From the IMG/VR virus record IMGVR_UViG_3300030382_003905, positions 4,399 to 68,398 of that record: DNA of 64,000 bases, one strand, 5' to 3'. The translations under genes were made by a program, and so were the position numbers. Shown here in pieces: positions 20,551-31,674 of the stretch. Each line of letters starts with the position of its first letter. Position 1 is the stretch's first letter. The notes beneath the pieces were generated by a model that saw only the letters and a list, made by a program, of their open reading frames with translations, was not told the DNA's origin and did not search any database. This DNA is from a virus.

Positions 20551-22002
20551 ATGGCAGTACAAGCAGCGCCAGGATGGGATTTGCAGCCTTCGGCTCAGAA
20601 ACAGGTCTTGGAAACAAACTACATAACAAACTTTGATTTCTTGAATCAGTATCTTCCTGATACTTATGAAAAGGAATTTGAGCGTTATGGAAATAGAACA
20701 ATTGCTTCTTTCCTTAGAATGGTAGGAGCAGAAATGCCGACTAACTCAGATATGATTAAGTGGGCAGAGCAAGGTAGATTACACACTAAATATACTAACT
20801 GTACTCTTGCAGGTGGTGGAGCAGGTGTAGCTACAACAGCAAACGTAACAATTAATGATGTGTTTAACCCTACATTAGTGGCAAGTCAAACAACGCCAGC
20901 GGTTAGAGTAGGACAAACAGTTATGTTATCAGATAACGTAGTGGGTTCTACATTAACTAACAAAGCGGTTGTAACAGCAATTAATGTTGGTGCAAACCCA
21001 TTAGTAATCACAGTAGCATTTTATGAAGCTACACAGTTAGTACCTAACGGTGGAGTGGGATGTACAATGTTTATTTATGGTTCTGAATTTAAAAAAGGCG
21101 AAACAGGAATGGTTGGATCTCTTGAGGCTGATGACGTATTCTTTTCTAACAAACCAATTATCCTAAAAGATACTTACCAAGTAAGTGGATCTGATATGGC
21201 TCAAATTGGATGGGTAGAAATAACATCAGAAAATGGAGCAAACGGCTACCTGTGGTATCTAAAATCTGAGCATGACACAAGACTACGTTTTGAGGATTAC
21301 TTAGAAACATCAATGATTGAAGCAGTTCCAGCAGCAAATGCTTCTGGTGCAGAAGCTGCATTAAGTTCAGCAGCTGGTGGAGCAGGCATTGTAAATGCAG
21401 GTTCTGAAGGTATCTTCTATGTAGTAAATGATAGAGGAAATGTGTGGGGCGGTGGAAACCCAACTACACTTGCAGGATTTGATTCAGTAATTCAAAGACT
21501 TGATAAGCAAGGAGCTATTGAAGAAAACGTGATTTTCGTAAATAGACAATACTCATTTGATATTGACGATATGTTAGCAGCCCAAAACTCTTACGGAGCA
21601 GGTGGAACTTCATATGGTTTATTTGATAATGATGCGGATATGGCTTTAAATCTTGGCTTTACAGGATTTAGAAGAGGTTATGACTTTTATAAGTCTGACT
21701 GGAAATATCTTAACGATCCTACTATGAGAGGTGGTATTACCGCAGGAGCAGTTAATGGACTATTAGTTCCAGCTGGTTCAACTTCGGTATATGACCAAAT
21801 CTTAGGTAAAAACGCTAAGAGACCATTCTTACACGTAAGATATAGAGCTTCTGAAACTGAAGACAGACGTTATAAAACTTGGATCACTGGTTCTGCTGGT
21901 GGCGCAAGAACATCTGACTTAGATGCAATGACAGTGAATTTCTTAAGTGAAAGAGCAGTATGTACTTTAGGTGCAAACAACTTCTTCTTATTCCAACAAT
22001 AA
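20551..22002 (+). CDS. major capsid protein
   Basis: 483 aa after the scaffold, followed by a terminator; IKWAEQGRLH and YKSDWKYLND motifs. Confidence 0.88.
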   Translation: MAVQAAPGWDLQPSAQKQVLETNYITNFDFLNQYLPDTYEKEFERYGNRTIASFLRMVGAEMPTNSDMIKWAEQGRLHTKYTNCTLAGGGAGVATTANVTINDVFNPTLVASQTTPAVRVGQTVMLSDNVVGSTLTNKAVVTAINVGANPLVITVAFYEATQLVPNGGVGCTMFIYGSEFKKGETGMVGSLEADDVFFSNKPIILKDTYQVSGSDMAQIGWVEITSENGANGYLWYLKSEHDTRLRFEDYLETSMIEAVPAANASGAEAALSSAAGGAGIVNAGSEGIFYVVNDRGNVWGGGNPTTLAGFDSVIQRLDKQGAIEENVIFVNRQYSFDIDDMLAAQNSYGAGGTSYGLFDNDADMALNLGFTGFRRGYDFYKSDWKYLNDPTMRGGITAGAVNGLLVPAGSTSVYDQILGKNAKRPFLHVRYRASETEDRRYKTWITGSAGGARTSDLDAMTVNFLSERAVCTLGANNFFLFQQ

Positions 22003-22014
22003 GTTGAATTAACT

Positions 22015-22056
22015 AATATTAGGGGAGTGTAAAAGCTCCCCTTATATTTATTTTTA
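22015..22056 (+). terminator. intrinsic terminator after MCP
   Basis: AGGGGAG-loop-CTCCCCT followed by a T-rich tract. Confidence 0.75.
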
Positions 22057-22083
22057 AATTAAATTAAATTAAATTATATTATA

Positions 22084-22839
22084 ATGAAAACAGAAAAATA
22101 TATTACCAAAACCTATAGGTTAAAAAACAACAGAAAACCTTTATCCTATATGTTATCCTCAAGACATTCGAGGCGTTCACCCTTATTACATTTTGACGCA
22201 GAAACAGGAGTAAACAAGCCTTTACGTTATGCTCGTAATCAAAAATCTCCTTTTGAAGATGAGCAAGATGGAAATGCAATTTTAGAACCTGTTGTTTTTG
22301 AAGACGGAATGCTTGTTGTTGAGAGAGAAAATCAAGTATTGCAGCAATTCCTACATTATCATCCCCAAAACGGACAAGTTTTTGAAGAGGTTAATAAAGA
22401 AGCTGATGCGTCTCATGAGTTAGAAAGAGTAGAAAGAGAGTTAGATGCGCAAATTGCCGCTAAACAATTATCTACCCAAAAACTAATTATGGTTAGCAGA
22501 GTGCTGATGGGGGGCAATGTAGATAGAATGACCATCCCTGAATTAAAAAGAGATGTTTTAGTTTTTGCTAAAAATGACCCTACTGATTTTATGAGCATTC
22601 TTAATGATCCTATGTTGGATTTACAAGATACAGTTTACCAATTTTTTGACGGACAGCTGTTGAGTTTGAGAAATCAAAATAAAGATGTTTATTTCAATTT
22701 ACCTAAAAATAAAAAGAAACTTTTAACTGTACCTTATGGAGAAGATTATTCATATATCGTGGCTTCATATATGCAGTCTGATGAAGGTCTGGAAACATTT
22801 AAGTTGTTGAAAAAATACTTAAATAAGAAAGAAAAATAA
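22084..22839 (+). CDS. conserved phage protein (head module)
   Basis: 251 aa; LRYARNQKSPFEDEQ; follows MCP. Confidence 0.65.
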   Translation: MKTEKYITKTYRLKNNRKPLSYMLSSRHSRRSPLLHFDAETGVNKPLRYARNQKSPFEDEQDGNAILEPVVFEDGMLVVERENQVLQQFLHYHPQNGQVFEEVNKEADASHELERVERELDAQIAAKQLSTQKLIMVSRVLMGGNVDRMTIPELKRDVLVFAKNDPTDFMSILNDPMLDLQDTVYQFFDGQLLSLRNQNKDVYFNLPKNKKKLLTVPYGEDYSYIVASYMQSDEGLETFKLLKKYLNKKEK

Positions 22840-22891
22840 ATCTTATCTTTGTAGGGAGAATATTCTCATATAACCCTTAAATTTTTATATT

Positions 22892-23221
22892 ATGGAAAAA
22901 TTCCTAAAAATTTATGTCACTGCTGCTGGAGACACAGGAGGCTGGCGGATTGTTAGCGTAAACAACGTCTTAGCAGTAGAACAAGCGTCTGCCACTACGG
23001 TAACGGTAACTTATGCTGGAATTGCGGCAGCTGACGTACTAACAATTACTCATGATGCTATCACAGCTGGTGATACCACTATGAGAGAATGGTTTACTGA
23101 TAGTATGGTTGTAGCTTTAGCTCAGAGTTGGCAAAAATCACAAACTGAAGCTATTGCACCACTACCAAATGATGCGGCAGGAACTGCTCCTGTAACAGTA
23201 ACAGGTATGGCATTAGCATAA
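22892..23221 (+). CDS. small structural protein
   Basis: 109-aa A/T/V-rich ORF with its own TATCTTTG element (~22844) and terminator. Confidence 0.6.
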   Translation: MEKFLKIYVTAAGDTGGWRIVSVNNVLAVEQASATTVTVTYAGIAAADVLTITHDAITAGDTTMREWFTDSMVVALAQSWQKSQTEAIAPLPNDAAGTAPVTVTGMALA

Positions 23222-23243
23222 ATTGAGATTACATGCTTTCAAG

Positions 23244-23279
23244 AAGAGGTCTTAAAAAAATAAGGCCTCTTTTTTTTTC
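23244..23279 (+). terminator. intrinsic terminator
   Basis: AAGAGGTCTTA-A6-TAAGGCCTCTT plus T run; TATCTTTG element follows at 23281. Confidence 0.8.
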
Positions 23280-23304
23280 TTATCTTTGTACAAACAATTT
23301 CCTT

Positions 23305-24255
23305 ATGATAGATGATGTAAGAAATACTGTATTAGCGATAGCTAACAAAAACAATTATGGATACATAAGTCCACAAGACTTTAATCTATATTGCCAGCAA
23401 GCTCAAATGGATTTGTTTGAGGATTATTTTTACCAATACAATAATTGGATTCTAAAACAAAACACCAGAACTTCAGGGTCTGGCTATGCAGATATAGTAA
23501 AAAACTTAGAAGAAGTAATTGACTTGTTTTCTCAAGAAGTTTTTCTTACACAAGTAGGAGTAGCTAACACTTATTCCTTGCCTGCAGATTACTATTTAAT
23601 TAATAAATTATTTTATTATCCAAATTCTTTAGCATCAGGGACTAACACTTTTGTTGCAGCTTTTAAACTAACTGATTCTACGGCAGTATTTTCTAACTTA
23701 ACTAACCCTACTACTCCTCCTGTGGGAAGTATTATAGTTAATACCACTACTGGGGATCAGTGCTATGTTACAGCAGTAGATGATTCTACAACGCTCTCTA
23801 TTAGTGCAAACATTATGAACTTAAATGATGCTTATATTATCTATTCAAACACCAATATTGCTGAAGTAGAGAGAGTGAGTCAGAATAAATTATTTTATCT
23901 TACCAGCTCCCCTTTAACAGCGCCAAGCAATCAGTTTCCCGCTTATGTTTTAGATGCAAACACAATAACAGTGTATCCTTCTACTATTGATGGATCACGA
24001 AGTGTTAAAACACAATATATACGCTATCCACTACCGCCTAAATGGACTTATAGTATTATTTCGGCCACTGAAGGGACGCCAGTTTTTAATGAGAATCAGC
24101 TCGATTATCAAGATTTCGAGCTGCCATTATCTGATGAACCAACGCTGGTGGCAAAAATATGTCAATACGTAGGGATAGAAATAAGAGAAGAAGATGTTTA
24201 TACTTTTGGAACAACAGGAGTAACGCAAGAAAATACAGAAGAAAACGCACAATAA
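23305..24255 (+). CDS. tail adaptor/ring protein
   Basis: Start moved to ATG 23305, past the terminator; NKNNYGYISPQDFN, YIRYPxxPKW, QDFELP. Confidence 0.65.
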   Translation: MIDDVRNTVLAIANKNNYGYISPQDFNLYCQQAQMDLFEDYFYQYNNWILKQNTRTSGSGYADIVKNLEEVIDLFSQEVFLTQVGVANTYSLPADYYLINKLFYYPNSLASGTNTFVAAFKLTDSTAVFSNLTNPTTPPVGSIIVNTTTGDQCYVTAVDDSTTLSISANIMNLNDAYIIYSNTNIAEVERVSQNKLFYLTSSPLTAPSNQFPAYVLDANTITVYPSTIDGSRSVKTQYIRYPLPPKWTYSIISATEGTPVFNENQLDYQDFELPLSDEPTLVAKICQYVGIEIREEDVYTFGTTGVTQENTEENAQ

Positions 24256-24256
24256 T

Positions 24257-25180
24257 ATGGCTTATATAACAGATTATCAATATTACGAAAACAGCGGTGT
24301 AAATCCAGAAAATGAAAATTGGGGTTCATATCAATACGTGACCTTACAAGAGGTGGTAAGTAACTTTATGCTTATATATCAAGGAAACACTGAGTTATTA
24401 AATAATATTAATCGCTATCAAGTTTTGTTTTATGCTAAAAGAGGCATCCAAGAGTTAAACTATGATGCTATGAAAGAAATTAAAATATTAGAGCTTGAGG
24501 TAGGGGAAGATTTAAGATTTATAATGCCTCAAGATTATGTGAATTGGGTTAGAATTTCATTATATGAAGGTGGGGTATTATATCCATTAACAGAAAACAT
24601 ACAAGCAAATTGGGCAGGTGCATATTTACAAGACAACAATGCAAGAATACTTTTTGATCAAGACGGGAATGTTTTAAAGCCCGAATATTCTTCTGTGACA
24701 TATGACCGTATACAAGGTACTAAGAGAACTATTTACCTAAATGTAGACAGCCCTTATAACAACTCATTAGGTTATTTTATAGACGGTGGTTGGTATTTCG
24801 ATTATTCGGTAGGAGCAAGATTTGGTTTAAATACTGAGACCGCTAATATAAACCCTACGTTTAGTATTAACAAACAAGTGGGGGTAATTAACTTTGACTC
24901 CTCAATGTCTGGAAGAACTGCTGTATTGGAATATGTTTCAGATGGCATGGAAAGCGGAGACGATGCTAATGTAAGTGTTAATAAATTATTTGAAGATTAT
25001 CTATATGCATTTATCAGATTTTCATTATTAAACGGCAGATTAGGAGTTCAAGAATATATTATTAATAGAGCAAGAAAAGACAAATCTTCTTTATTAAGAA
25101 ACGCTAAAATTAGATTAAGCAATATACATCCTGGCAGACTATTAATGAATTTAAGAGGTCAGGATAAATGGATAAAGTAA
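24257..25180 (+). CDS. tail ring/tubular structural protein
   Basis: 307 aa in the tail operon; MPQDYVNWVRIS, LEYVSDG. Confidence 0.6.
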   Translation: MAYITDYQYYENSGVNPENENWGSYQYVTLQEVVSNFMLIYQGNTELLNNINRYQVLFYAKRGIQELNYDAMKEIKILELEVGEDLRFIMPQDYVNWVRISLYEGGVLYPLTENIQANWAGAYLQDNNARILFDQDGNVLKPEYSSVTYDRIQGTKRTIYLNVDSPYNNSLGYFIDGGWYFDYSVGARFGLNTETANINPTFSINKQVGVINFDSSMSGRTAVLEYVSDGMESGDDANVSVNKLFEDYLYAFIRFSLLNGRLGVQEYIINRARKDKSSLLRNAKIRLSNIHPGRLLMNLRGQDKWIK

Positions 25181-25181
25181 T

Positions 25182-28100
25182 ATGGATATAAAAAGTATTT
25201 CAACTTTTATAAAAGGCAGGATGAATAAGTCTGTGGACGAAAGAATACTTCCGCCAGGCGAGTATGTTGATGCTTTAAATGTAAGGATAGGAGCAACTGA
25301 AACTACAGAAATTGGAGCTGTAGAAAATTCCAAAGGTAATGACATATTAACAGGTCTGCGTTTTAGAGGAGTAGTGCTATCGCCTCAAGCAAGATGTATT
25401 GGAGCGTTAGAAGATGGCATGAATGAAACTATTTATTGGTTTGTTCACGATCCGAACAATCCTCAAGCCCCTAATCCTCCAAGCAGCGCGGATTTAATTG
25501 TTTCTTATAATACAACTACTGAGGTTACCAGGTATCATGTAGAAAGCACCAGTGTTTTAAATTTTAACCCTTCATATCTTATAACAGGAGTAGATTTAAT
25601 TGAAGATTTGTTGTTTTGGACCGATGACTATAATCCTCCTCGTAAAATCAATATAAATTTTGACTATCTAAGTGTAGATTCTAACGGTGTAGATCAAATT
25701 GAAGAAGAAGATATAAGCGTAATAGTAAAACCTCCAGGGTTTCAAGATGCAGCTTTAGTAGCTGTTCCTGATGCGGAAACACTAACATCTCCGAATGTTC
25801 GTTTATTGCAGCTAACAAACCAAGAAAACTATATGGAAGATAAGTTTATTTCTTTTGCATATAGATATAGGTATTTAAACTCTGAATATAGCGCTACCTC
25901 TTTATTCACTTTACCTTCTTTTCAGCCAGGAAGATTTATTTTTAGTTATGAGAATTACTACAATGAGTCTATGCAAAATAGATTTAACGGAGCTGAAGTA
26001 ACTTTTAATACAGGCTCAAAAAGAGTGATAGAAATAGATGTGTTATATAAGTTTTCTAACAGCACTACAATATTTAAAATAGACACTTATAACAAGCAGC
26101 AAGCAGGATGGGGTGATAATCAGGACAGAACTATAGAGTTCTCTAATAGTAAAATATATACAGTTTTAGGTAGTGATGAAATTTTAAGATTATATGACAA
26201 TGTACCTCGTGTAGCTAAAGCTCAAACCATAATGGCTAATCGCTTAGTATATGGAAATTATATAGACGGCTATAATATTTCTGTAGGATCAGCGGAAGGC
26301 GCAAAAATAACACCCAACTATACTGTCTCAGTTTTAGCTGATCAAGTGGGCGTATTCTATATCCCTTATCCTACTTTATCCAGTCAATTGTACGGTATAA
26401 ATCCGTCAAACCCCACTACTGTCCTACAAGCCTCAGCTTTAATTGATTTAGACAGCGTTAAAGATGAACTGAAAAACGGATCGCAGCTGGTTATTAGCTT
26501 ATCCCTAACCTCAGACACAACCCAAGCTCGAGCTCAAGAAAATAGTACGTTGGTATATACAACATGTACAAACACCGCAACACCAGCTCCAGCTTGTAAT
26601 TCATGGACCTCTACAATTAATAGTGGAACTATTGAGGTGGAGTGTTTTGTGGATTTAACTGCAGATTATACAGGAGGCTCAGCGGTATATGATTTTTTAT
26701 TATCAGATGATTTTCAAAATGCTATAGGCACAGTCGAGTCGGTTAATTTCCAGCCCATGGCAACAGCTTCTGCAGGATATTCTTTGACAGACAGTTTTAA
26801 CACTAATGTCTTAACTCAAGGTGCTTTTACCAAGACTATTAGCTCTATAAGCAGTGCTACTAACCAAGAAGGTTTTGGTTTAGACGTAACAGGCCCAGCC
26901 GACACTACTTTCACATTAACGTCTTTGGCGATGGAATCTCAATATGATGATGGGACTTACACAGTAAGCGATTATGAGTATTTTACTATAACAGACGTAA
27001 ATGTAGTTCTTTATACCGATGCTGACCAAGGCAGCTTGCATAGTAATCGTGATTATGAAGTAGGGCTGGTGTATATGGATGAGTATGCCAGAGCATCCAC
27101 TGTATTAGTCTCCCCTAATAATACTAAATTTGTTCCTCCATCTAATAGTATATTAAGAAATAGATTGCAGGTTCTTTTAGAAAGCATACCCCCTTACTGG
27201 GCTACACGATGGAAATATGTAGTTAAACCCAGTACTGATAATTATGAAACTATATATACTAACTTTTTTGTTCAAGCTCCAGATGGGACATATTGGTGTA
27301 AATTAGAAGGAGATAATGCTGAGAAGGTAAAAACAGGAGATTTGCTTTTGGTAAAAAGAGACGCATTAGGGCCAGTTCCTGATGAAGTACAAGTAGAGGT
27401 ATTACAGGCTCAAGCTCAGGCTGAAGATTTTGTGCCAGATGGTGCGATCCCTGATAAGCAGCCACCAGGTTTTTACATGAATATAAAGGCTTTAAGTTTT
27501 ACTCTCGTAGATTCATCTACTCCTACGGTATGGAATTATTCCAGAAAAGATGAAAACCAAAAAATAAAAAGATGTTATAGTGTTAAGAAAATCCCTTTAT
27601 ATTATGATGAGAATTTTACACAAGGTGGGTCTTCAGGGGCTAAAACCAATATAGCTATTCCTGCTGGAACATCTATTACTCTAACCTATCATGCCTGGAG
27701 ATATGCAGGAGGAAGTGATGTAGAATCAATTGACTACCATTATGAAGGAACTTTTACTTCCCCTCAAGATTTTGATAATCTCCGTGACTGGTGGGGTGCT
27801 GCAAATCCTGATTTAAATACAGGAATAAATTCAGGTGAGGGAATTTATAATGTAACCTACCGCCATGCGTTAGGAAATGTATCTTATGCAATAACGATGA
27901 GTGGATCAGATTGTCCCTCCAACTGGAATGACTATGTTCCTCCTTGTATAGATGGGAATGGGAACGGCTGTCCTGGAGCGTGGTGGGGAAGTTTTCAATT
28001 TGCTTCAGATGACCCTTCTGATCCAGATGCCCCTATCTATTTAGCTTGGAGAGTGGGTATAAGAAAAGGAAGCGGACATAACGGATACTCCAGACTTACC

Positions 28101-30269
28101 ATAAGCATTATACAAGGCGGTAGTTTGGTGGTTTTTGAAACTGATCCAACACCAGCAAATGCTGAATTATTTTACGACTCTCCTAAAAGTTATCCAATTA
28201 TCGGAGGTTACCATTCTGTGGGAAGTGTAGTGGCTCAAAGCATAAACACCACACCTATTACTGTAAACCAACTGAATGATTCGACAGCTCAATTTACCGC
28301 CTCTGTATCGGTAGGAGATTTTATTTATAATACCACTGCAAATCCAGTTACAACAGCTACTGTTGTAACAATTAACTCTGCCACAAGCTTAACACTGAAT
28401 GCAAATATTTTTCCAGTAATTGACCAAGCTTATAGTATAGTTCATAACAGTGAAAATGATCAAAACCAAACTCCTACGCAAGCATCTATTATAAACATCC
28501 CATTCATAAATTGCTATTCATTTGGTAATGGAGTAGAGAGTTTTAAAATTTTGGATAAAATTGAGGGGATGTCTATGAATTTAGGAGAAAGGGTTTTAGC
28601 TGTTTCTAATAGTGAATTTAAAGAAGCTGATAGGTTTGCAGGATTAACCTATAGCGGAATATTTAGCGGTCCATCAAATTTTAATAACCTTAATGAATTT
28701 AATTTAGGGTTAGTGAATTTTAAAGACTTAGAGACTTATTTTGGGGAAATTCAAGTGTTACACGCCAGACGAACAGATATTTTAGTGTTACAAGAAGATA
28801 GAATATCTTATGTGTTGGCAGGCAAAAACATATTAACTGATGCTGTTGGGGGAGGAACTGTTACTTCTGTGCCTGAAGTTTTAGGCGAGCAGGTTGCCAG
28901 AGCTGAGGAGTATGGAAATAGTTTTAACCCCGAGAGCTTTGCTGCGTGGGGGAAAGAAATGTTCTTTACTGATACTAAAAGAGGAGCGGTATTAAAGCTT
29001 ACTGGAAGCTCAATGCAAAACGATCAACTAACTGTTATATCCGAACAAGGCATGCGTTCATGGTTTAGGGATGAGTTTTATTTATCACTAACTACACAAA
29101 AATTAGGAGGATATGATCCTTATATGGATGAATATATTTTAGCTACAAATGATGTGTCTGTTCCTTTCCCAACACCGCCTATTCCCTGCGGAACTCTTGT
29201 AGAAGACATAACGTGTGGACAGACTATACTTTTTGATGCAGATGTAGGCAGTGTAATTGGAAATGTTGTAATCACTCTGACTTTAGGCGGTGGATCATGT
29301 TTTTTTAATGCTGTATGGAATGGAGTTACCTATACCACCACACCAAATCCTGCTGTAACGATTCCCCCAGGACCTACTGTTTATACTATTACTATTCCTA
29401 AAACCTCTGCAGCGCCTAACCTGGTGAGTTGTTCATTAGTTCCTTCTGGAGGTGTGTGTGATTTTACAATTTTAGTAGAATGCCCAGTAGAGCTTGAGAT
29501 AACAGTAGTAAAAGTGGTATTAAACGCTCCAGATGATGTTGGAAAAACAATACATGCAGAATACTTTTGGGATAACGGAGTTCAAATTAGTCCTCCTTCC
29601 AGCGATCCAGTAGTTATGAATAATGACCCTACAATTGCTTGTGCGTGGATAGCTCAAACAGGGGTTAGGTCACAAGGAGTATTTCCTTATAATGGTGTAA
29701 ACTTATCTATTCAGACAAACAAAATAGGAAGTGATAATTTTGATTTTAATTTAGCCCAAGATTCAATAAAATGGTTTTCTTCTAACACTTTATACGCTAA
29801 TACTCAAGCAGATATAGCTTCTTTATTAGGTCAGTCTTTAAATTCAGTTACTGTTACTAATGTTGCAGGAAATATTTTTAGAGGAGTACAGGCGAGTGCT
29901 ACCATACCAGATGTTAATGAGTATTTATATTTAATATATGACTTAAGAACTGTAGCATCTCAATATTTATGTTATGATGCAACGTCCTCTCAAGCAGCTT
30001 GTTGTGATTGCATTGTTCCGTGTAAAGGAGTTGCTGCGTCTTTAACAGCAAGCTCTCCTGGGGTAGCTTGCAATCAGCTAATAGATCAAACCTATTATTA
30101 CACAGGTCAAGGAGCACTTCCAGTTGTAGGGGATTTAATTTATACAAGCCTTCTGTGTGCTCAAGGAGCTCCTCCTACTACACTTCAATCAGGGTTTTAT
30201 AAATTTAATACCAACCAAGTTATGGAAGTAAATGTTAACGGGGTTATAATACTAATAAATAATTGTTAA
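25182..30269 (+). CDS. tail nozzle/stabilisation protein (P22 gp10-like/crAss muzzle-like) with Cys-rich C-terminal extension
   Basis: GRMNKSVDERILPPGEYVDALN, LFWTDDYNPPRKIN, NRLVYGNY, FFTDTKRGAVLKL, GGYDPYMDEY. Confidence 0.75.
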   Translation: MDIKSISTFIKGRMNKSVDERILPPGEYVDALNVRIGATETTEIGAVENSKGNDILTGLRFRGVVLSPQARCIGALEDGMNETIYWFVHDPNNPQAPNPPSSADLIVSYNTTTEVTRYHVESTSVLNFNPSYLITGVDLIEDLLFWTDDYNPPRKININFDYLSVDSNGVDQIEEEDISVIVKPPGFQDAALVAVPDAETLTSPNVRLLQLTNQENYMEDKFISFAYRYRYLNSEYSATSLFTLPSFQPGRFIFSYENYYNESMQNRFNGAEVTFNTGSKRVIEIDVLYKFSNSTTIFKIDTYNKQQAGWGDNQDRTIEFSNSKIYTVLGSDEILRLYDNVPRVAKAQTIMANRLVYGNYIDGYNISVGSAEGAKITPNYTVSVLADQVGVFYIPYPTLSSQLYGINPSNPTTVLQASALIDLDSVKDELKNGSQLVISLSLTSDTTQARAQENSTLVYTTCTNTATPAPACNSWTSTINSGTIEVECFVDLTADYTGGSAVYDFLLSDDFQNAIGTVESVNFQPMATASAGYSLTDSFNTNVLTQGAFTKTISSISSATNQEGFGLDVTGPADTTFTLTSLAMESQYDDGTYTVSDYEYFTITDVNVVLYTDADQGSLHSNRDYEVGLVYMDEYARASTVLVSPNNTKFVPPSNSILRNRLQVLLESIPPYWATRWKYVVKPSTDNYETIYTNFFVQAPDGTYWCKLEGDNAEKVKTGDLLLVKRDALGPVPDEVQVEVLQAQAQAEDFVPDGAIPDKQPPGFYMNIKALSFTLVDSSTPTVWNYSRKDENQKIKRCYSVKKIPLYYDENFTQGGSSGAKTNIAIPAGTSITLTYHAWRYAGGSDVESIDYHYEGTFTSPQDFDNLRDWWGAANPDLNTGINSGEGIYNVTYRHALGNVSYAITMSGSDCPSNWNDYVPPCIDGNGNGCPGAWWGSFQFASDDPSDPDAPIYLAWRVGIRKGSGHNGYSRLTISIIQGGSLVVFETDPTPANAELFYDSPKSYPIIGGYHSVGSVVAQSINTTPITVNQLNDSTAQFTASVSVGDFIYNTTANPVTTATVVTINSATSLTLNANIFPVIDQAYSIVHNSENDQNQTPTQASIINIPFINCYSFGNGVESFKILDKIEGMSMNLGERVLAVSNSEFKEADRFAGLTYSGIFSGPSNFNNLNEFNLGLVNFKDLETYFGEIQVLHARRTDILVLQEDRISYVLAGKNILTDAVGGGTVTSVPEVLGEQVARAEEYGNSFNPESFAAWGKEMFFTDTKRGAVLKLTGSSMQNDQLTVISEQGMRSWFRDEFYLSLTTQKLGGYDPYMDEYILATNDVSVPFPTPPIPCGTLVEDITCGQTILFDADVGSVIGNVVITLTLGGGSCFFNAVWNGVTYTTTPNPAVTIPPGPTVYTITIPKTSAAPNLVSCSLVPSGGVCDFTILVECPVELEITVVKVVLNAPDDVGKTIHAEYFWDNGVQISPPSSDPVVMNNDPTIACAWIAQTGVRSQGVFPYNGVNLSIQTNKIGSDNFDFNLAQDSIKWFSSNTLYANTQADIASLLGQSLNSVTVTNVAGNIFRGVQASATIPDVNEYLYLIYDLRTVASQYLCYDATSSQAACCDCIVPCKGVAASLTASSPGVACNQLIDQTYYYTGQGALPVVGDLIYTSLLCAQGAPPTTLQSGFYKFNTNQVMEVNVNGVIILINNC

Positions 30270-30280
30270 TTTAGCAAAAT

Positions 30281-31672
30281 ATGGCAACATACGGACAATA
30301 TTATTATGATGGGTTAGATTTTGTTTCTTGCACCAGTGTATATACTGACGCGGCTTTAACTACAGTTGCGCCTGATGGCTGGTATTCTCAAGGAGGAATA
30401 TTTAGGCAGATGCTTAATGGAATTTTATTAGCCGCAAGTCCATGCCCATCATGTACAGATCCTTGTGGTGATCCTGTAAGTGCAAATGGCAACTTTGGTG
30501 TTTACCGCGCAACTTTTGATTTTGGAACTTCAACAGGTGCGGCTATTATCAATTTTAATGTAGGAGGGAGCGCTCTTAATGACAACCCTATACCAGATAA
30601 ATTAACCTGGACTTTTGACGGCACAACAGCTTCTGAATACTCTTCTCTATTAGGAGGGTATTTAAGTGGATATATTGGGGCAGCTGATCAGGACGGTAGT
30701 GGATATGCGTGTAGCTGTTGTTCTGACTGTCATGTAGGGGTCTACGGGTCTAACGGGATAACCACAGCTAATGGAAGTAATGGTGTATCTCAGGCAAGTG
30801 TACCAATATTTGAATATATATCGGGGACATTTCAGCAGGCCATGGGACAAACAGCCAGTATACCTGCCTGGAGCGGGAACAGCTCCCCCGATCAGTCATT
30901 AAACACTTGTAGTGCTAATGGTGTTGCTACAACTCCATATAGAGTTTATAACGCCACTATGGTTGTACCTGTTCCTGTATCAGCCTCTACCACTACTGTA
31001 GACATAGAAGTGTCTGCGCCTTGTACAGGTACGTTTTTTACATTTACAGTAAATTGCCCAGCCCTTTTAATAGGGTTTCCTTCCACTATTCTTCAGGCCA
31101 GTGAAGTTTTATCATGTGCTGCGACTAAAACTACTACTATTTATCACGCAGGGGTCAATACTTTAGGTAACGCTATAAGGCCTGTGCCTCAGGGAGGGCC
31201 AATTGCAGCAACACCCGCTACACAAATGGGTCTTCATGATTGGGTGTTTACTGACGCTTATGGAGAGAATCAATTACCAGCAGGATGGTATGGTATTACA
31301 AATACTATAGCGGGAGTTTTAACTTCTCAAGCTATAGAGGTTTCCTCAGACGGAATTATTGTCACGATCAACACTTGCGCAAGCTGTGGGAACTCGATTT
31401 ATATTTCAGGAATCCAAGCCGCTTGTTCTACTTTCTGTGACGGTGTAAATAGAACTATTCCAACTGAAAAACAAACCACTGATTGCAAGGCTTATGCAGG
31501 TATTGCTCCAGGAGATGTACTATTAGGGTCTGCTATAGCAACAGGCTGGTATGCATATGCAGCAAGCAGTACCGATACAGCTACAGGTCCATTTAGGCTG
31601 ATGCAAATAGGAGCAGGGAATGAAATATTAAGCATACAAGAATGTAGTGGAGTTAATTGTGTAACACCTTAA
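30281..31672 (+). CDS. Cys-rich virion protein
   Basis: 463 aa; CPSC, CSCCSDC, CASC; repeated DGWY/GWY units. Confidence 0.6.
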   Translation: MATYGQYYYDGLDFVSCTSVYTDAALTTVAPDGWYSQGGIFRQMLNGILLAASPCPSCTDPCGDPVSANGNFGVYRATFDFGTSTGAAIINFNVGGSALNDNPIPDKLTWTFDGTTASEYSSLLGGYLSGYIGAADQDGSGYACSCCSDCHVGVYGSNGITTANGSNGVSQASVPIFEYISGTFQQAMGQTASIPAWSGNSSPDQSLNTCSANGVATTPYRVYNATMVVPVPVSASTTTVDIEVSAPCTGTFFTFTVNCPALLIGFPSTILQASEVLSCAATKTTTIYHAGVNTLGNAIRPVPQGGPIAATPATQMGLHDWVFTDAYGENQLPAGWYGITNTIAGVLTSQAIEVSSDGIIVTINTCASCGNSIYISGIQAACSTFCDGVNRTIPTEKQTTDCKAYAGIAPGDVLLGSAIATGWYAYAASSTDTATGPFRLMQIGAGNEILSIQECSGVNCVTP

Positions 31673-31674
31673 TT

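Noticed and set aside
22056-22078. (AAATT)n short tandem repeat
   Set aside because: Best explained as an ordinary AT-rich translation-initiation leader
23233-23304. N-terminal extension of the 340-aa ORF in the track
   Set aside because: It runs through a terminator hairpin and a promoter element; ATG 23305 is the more plausible start
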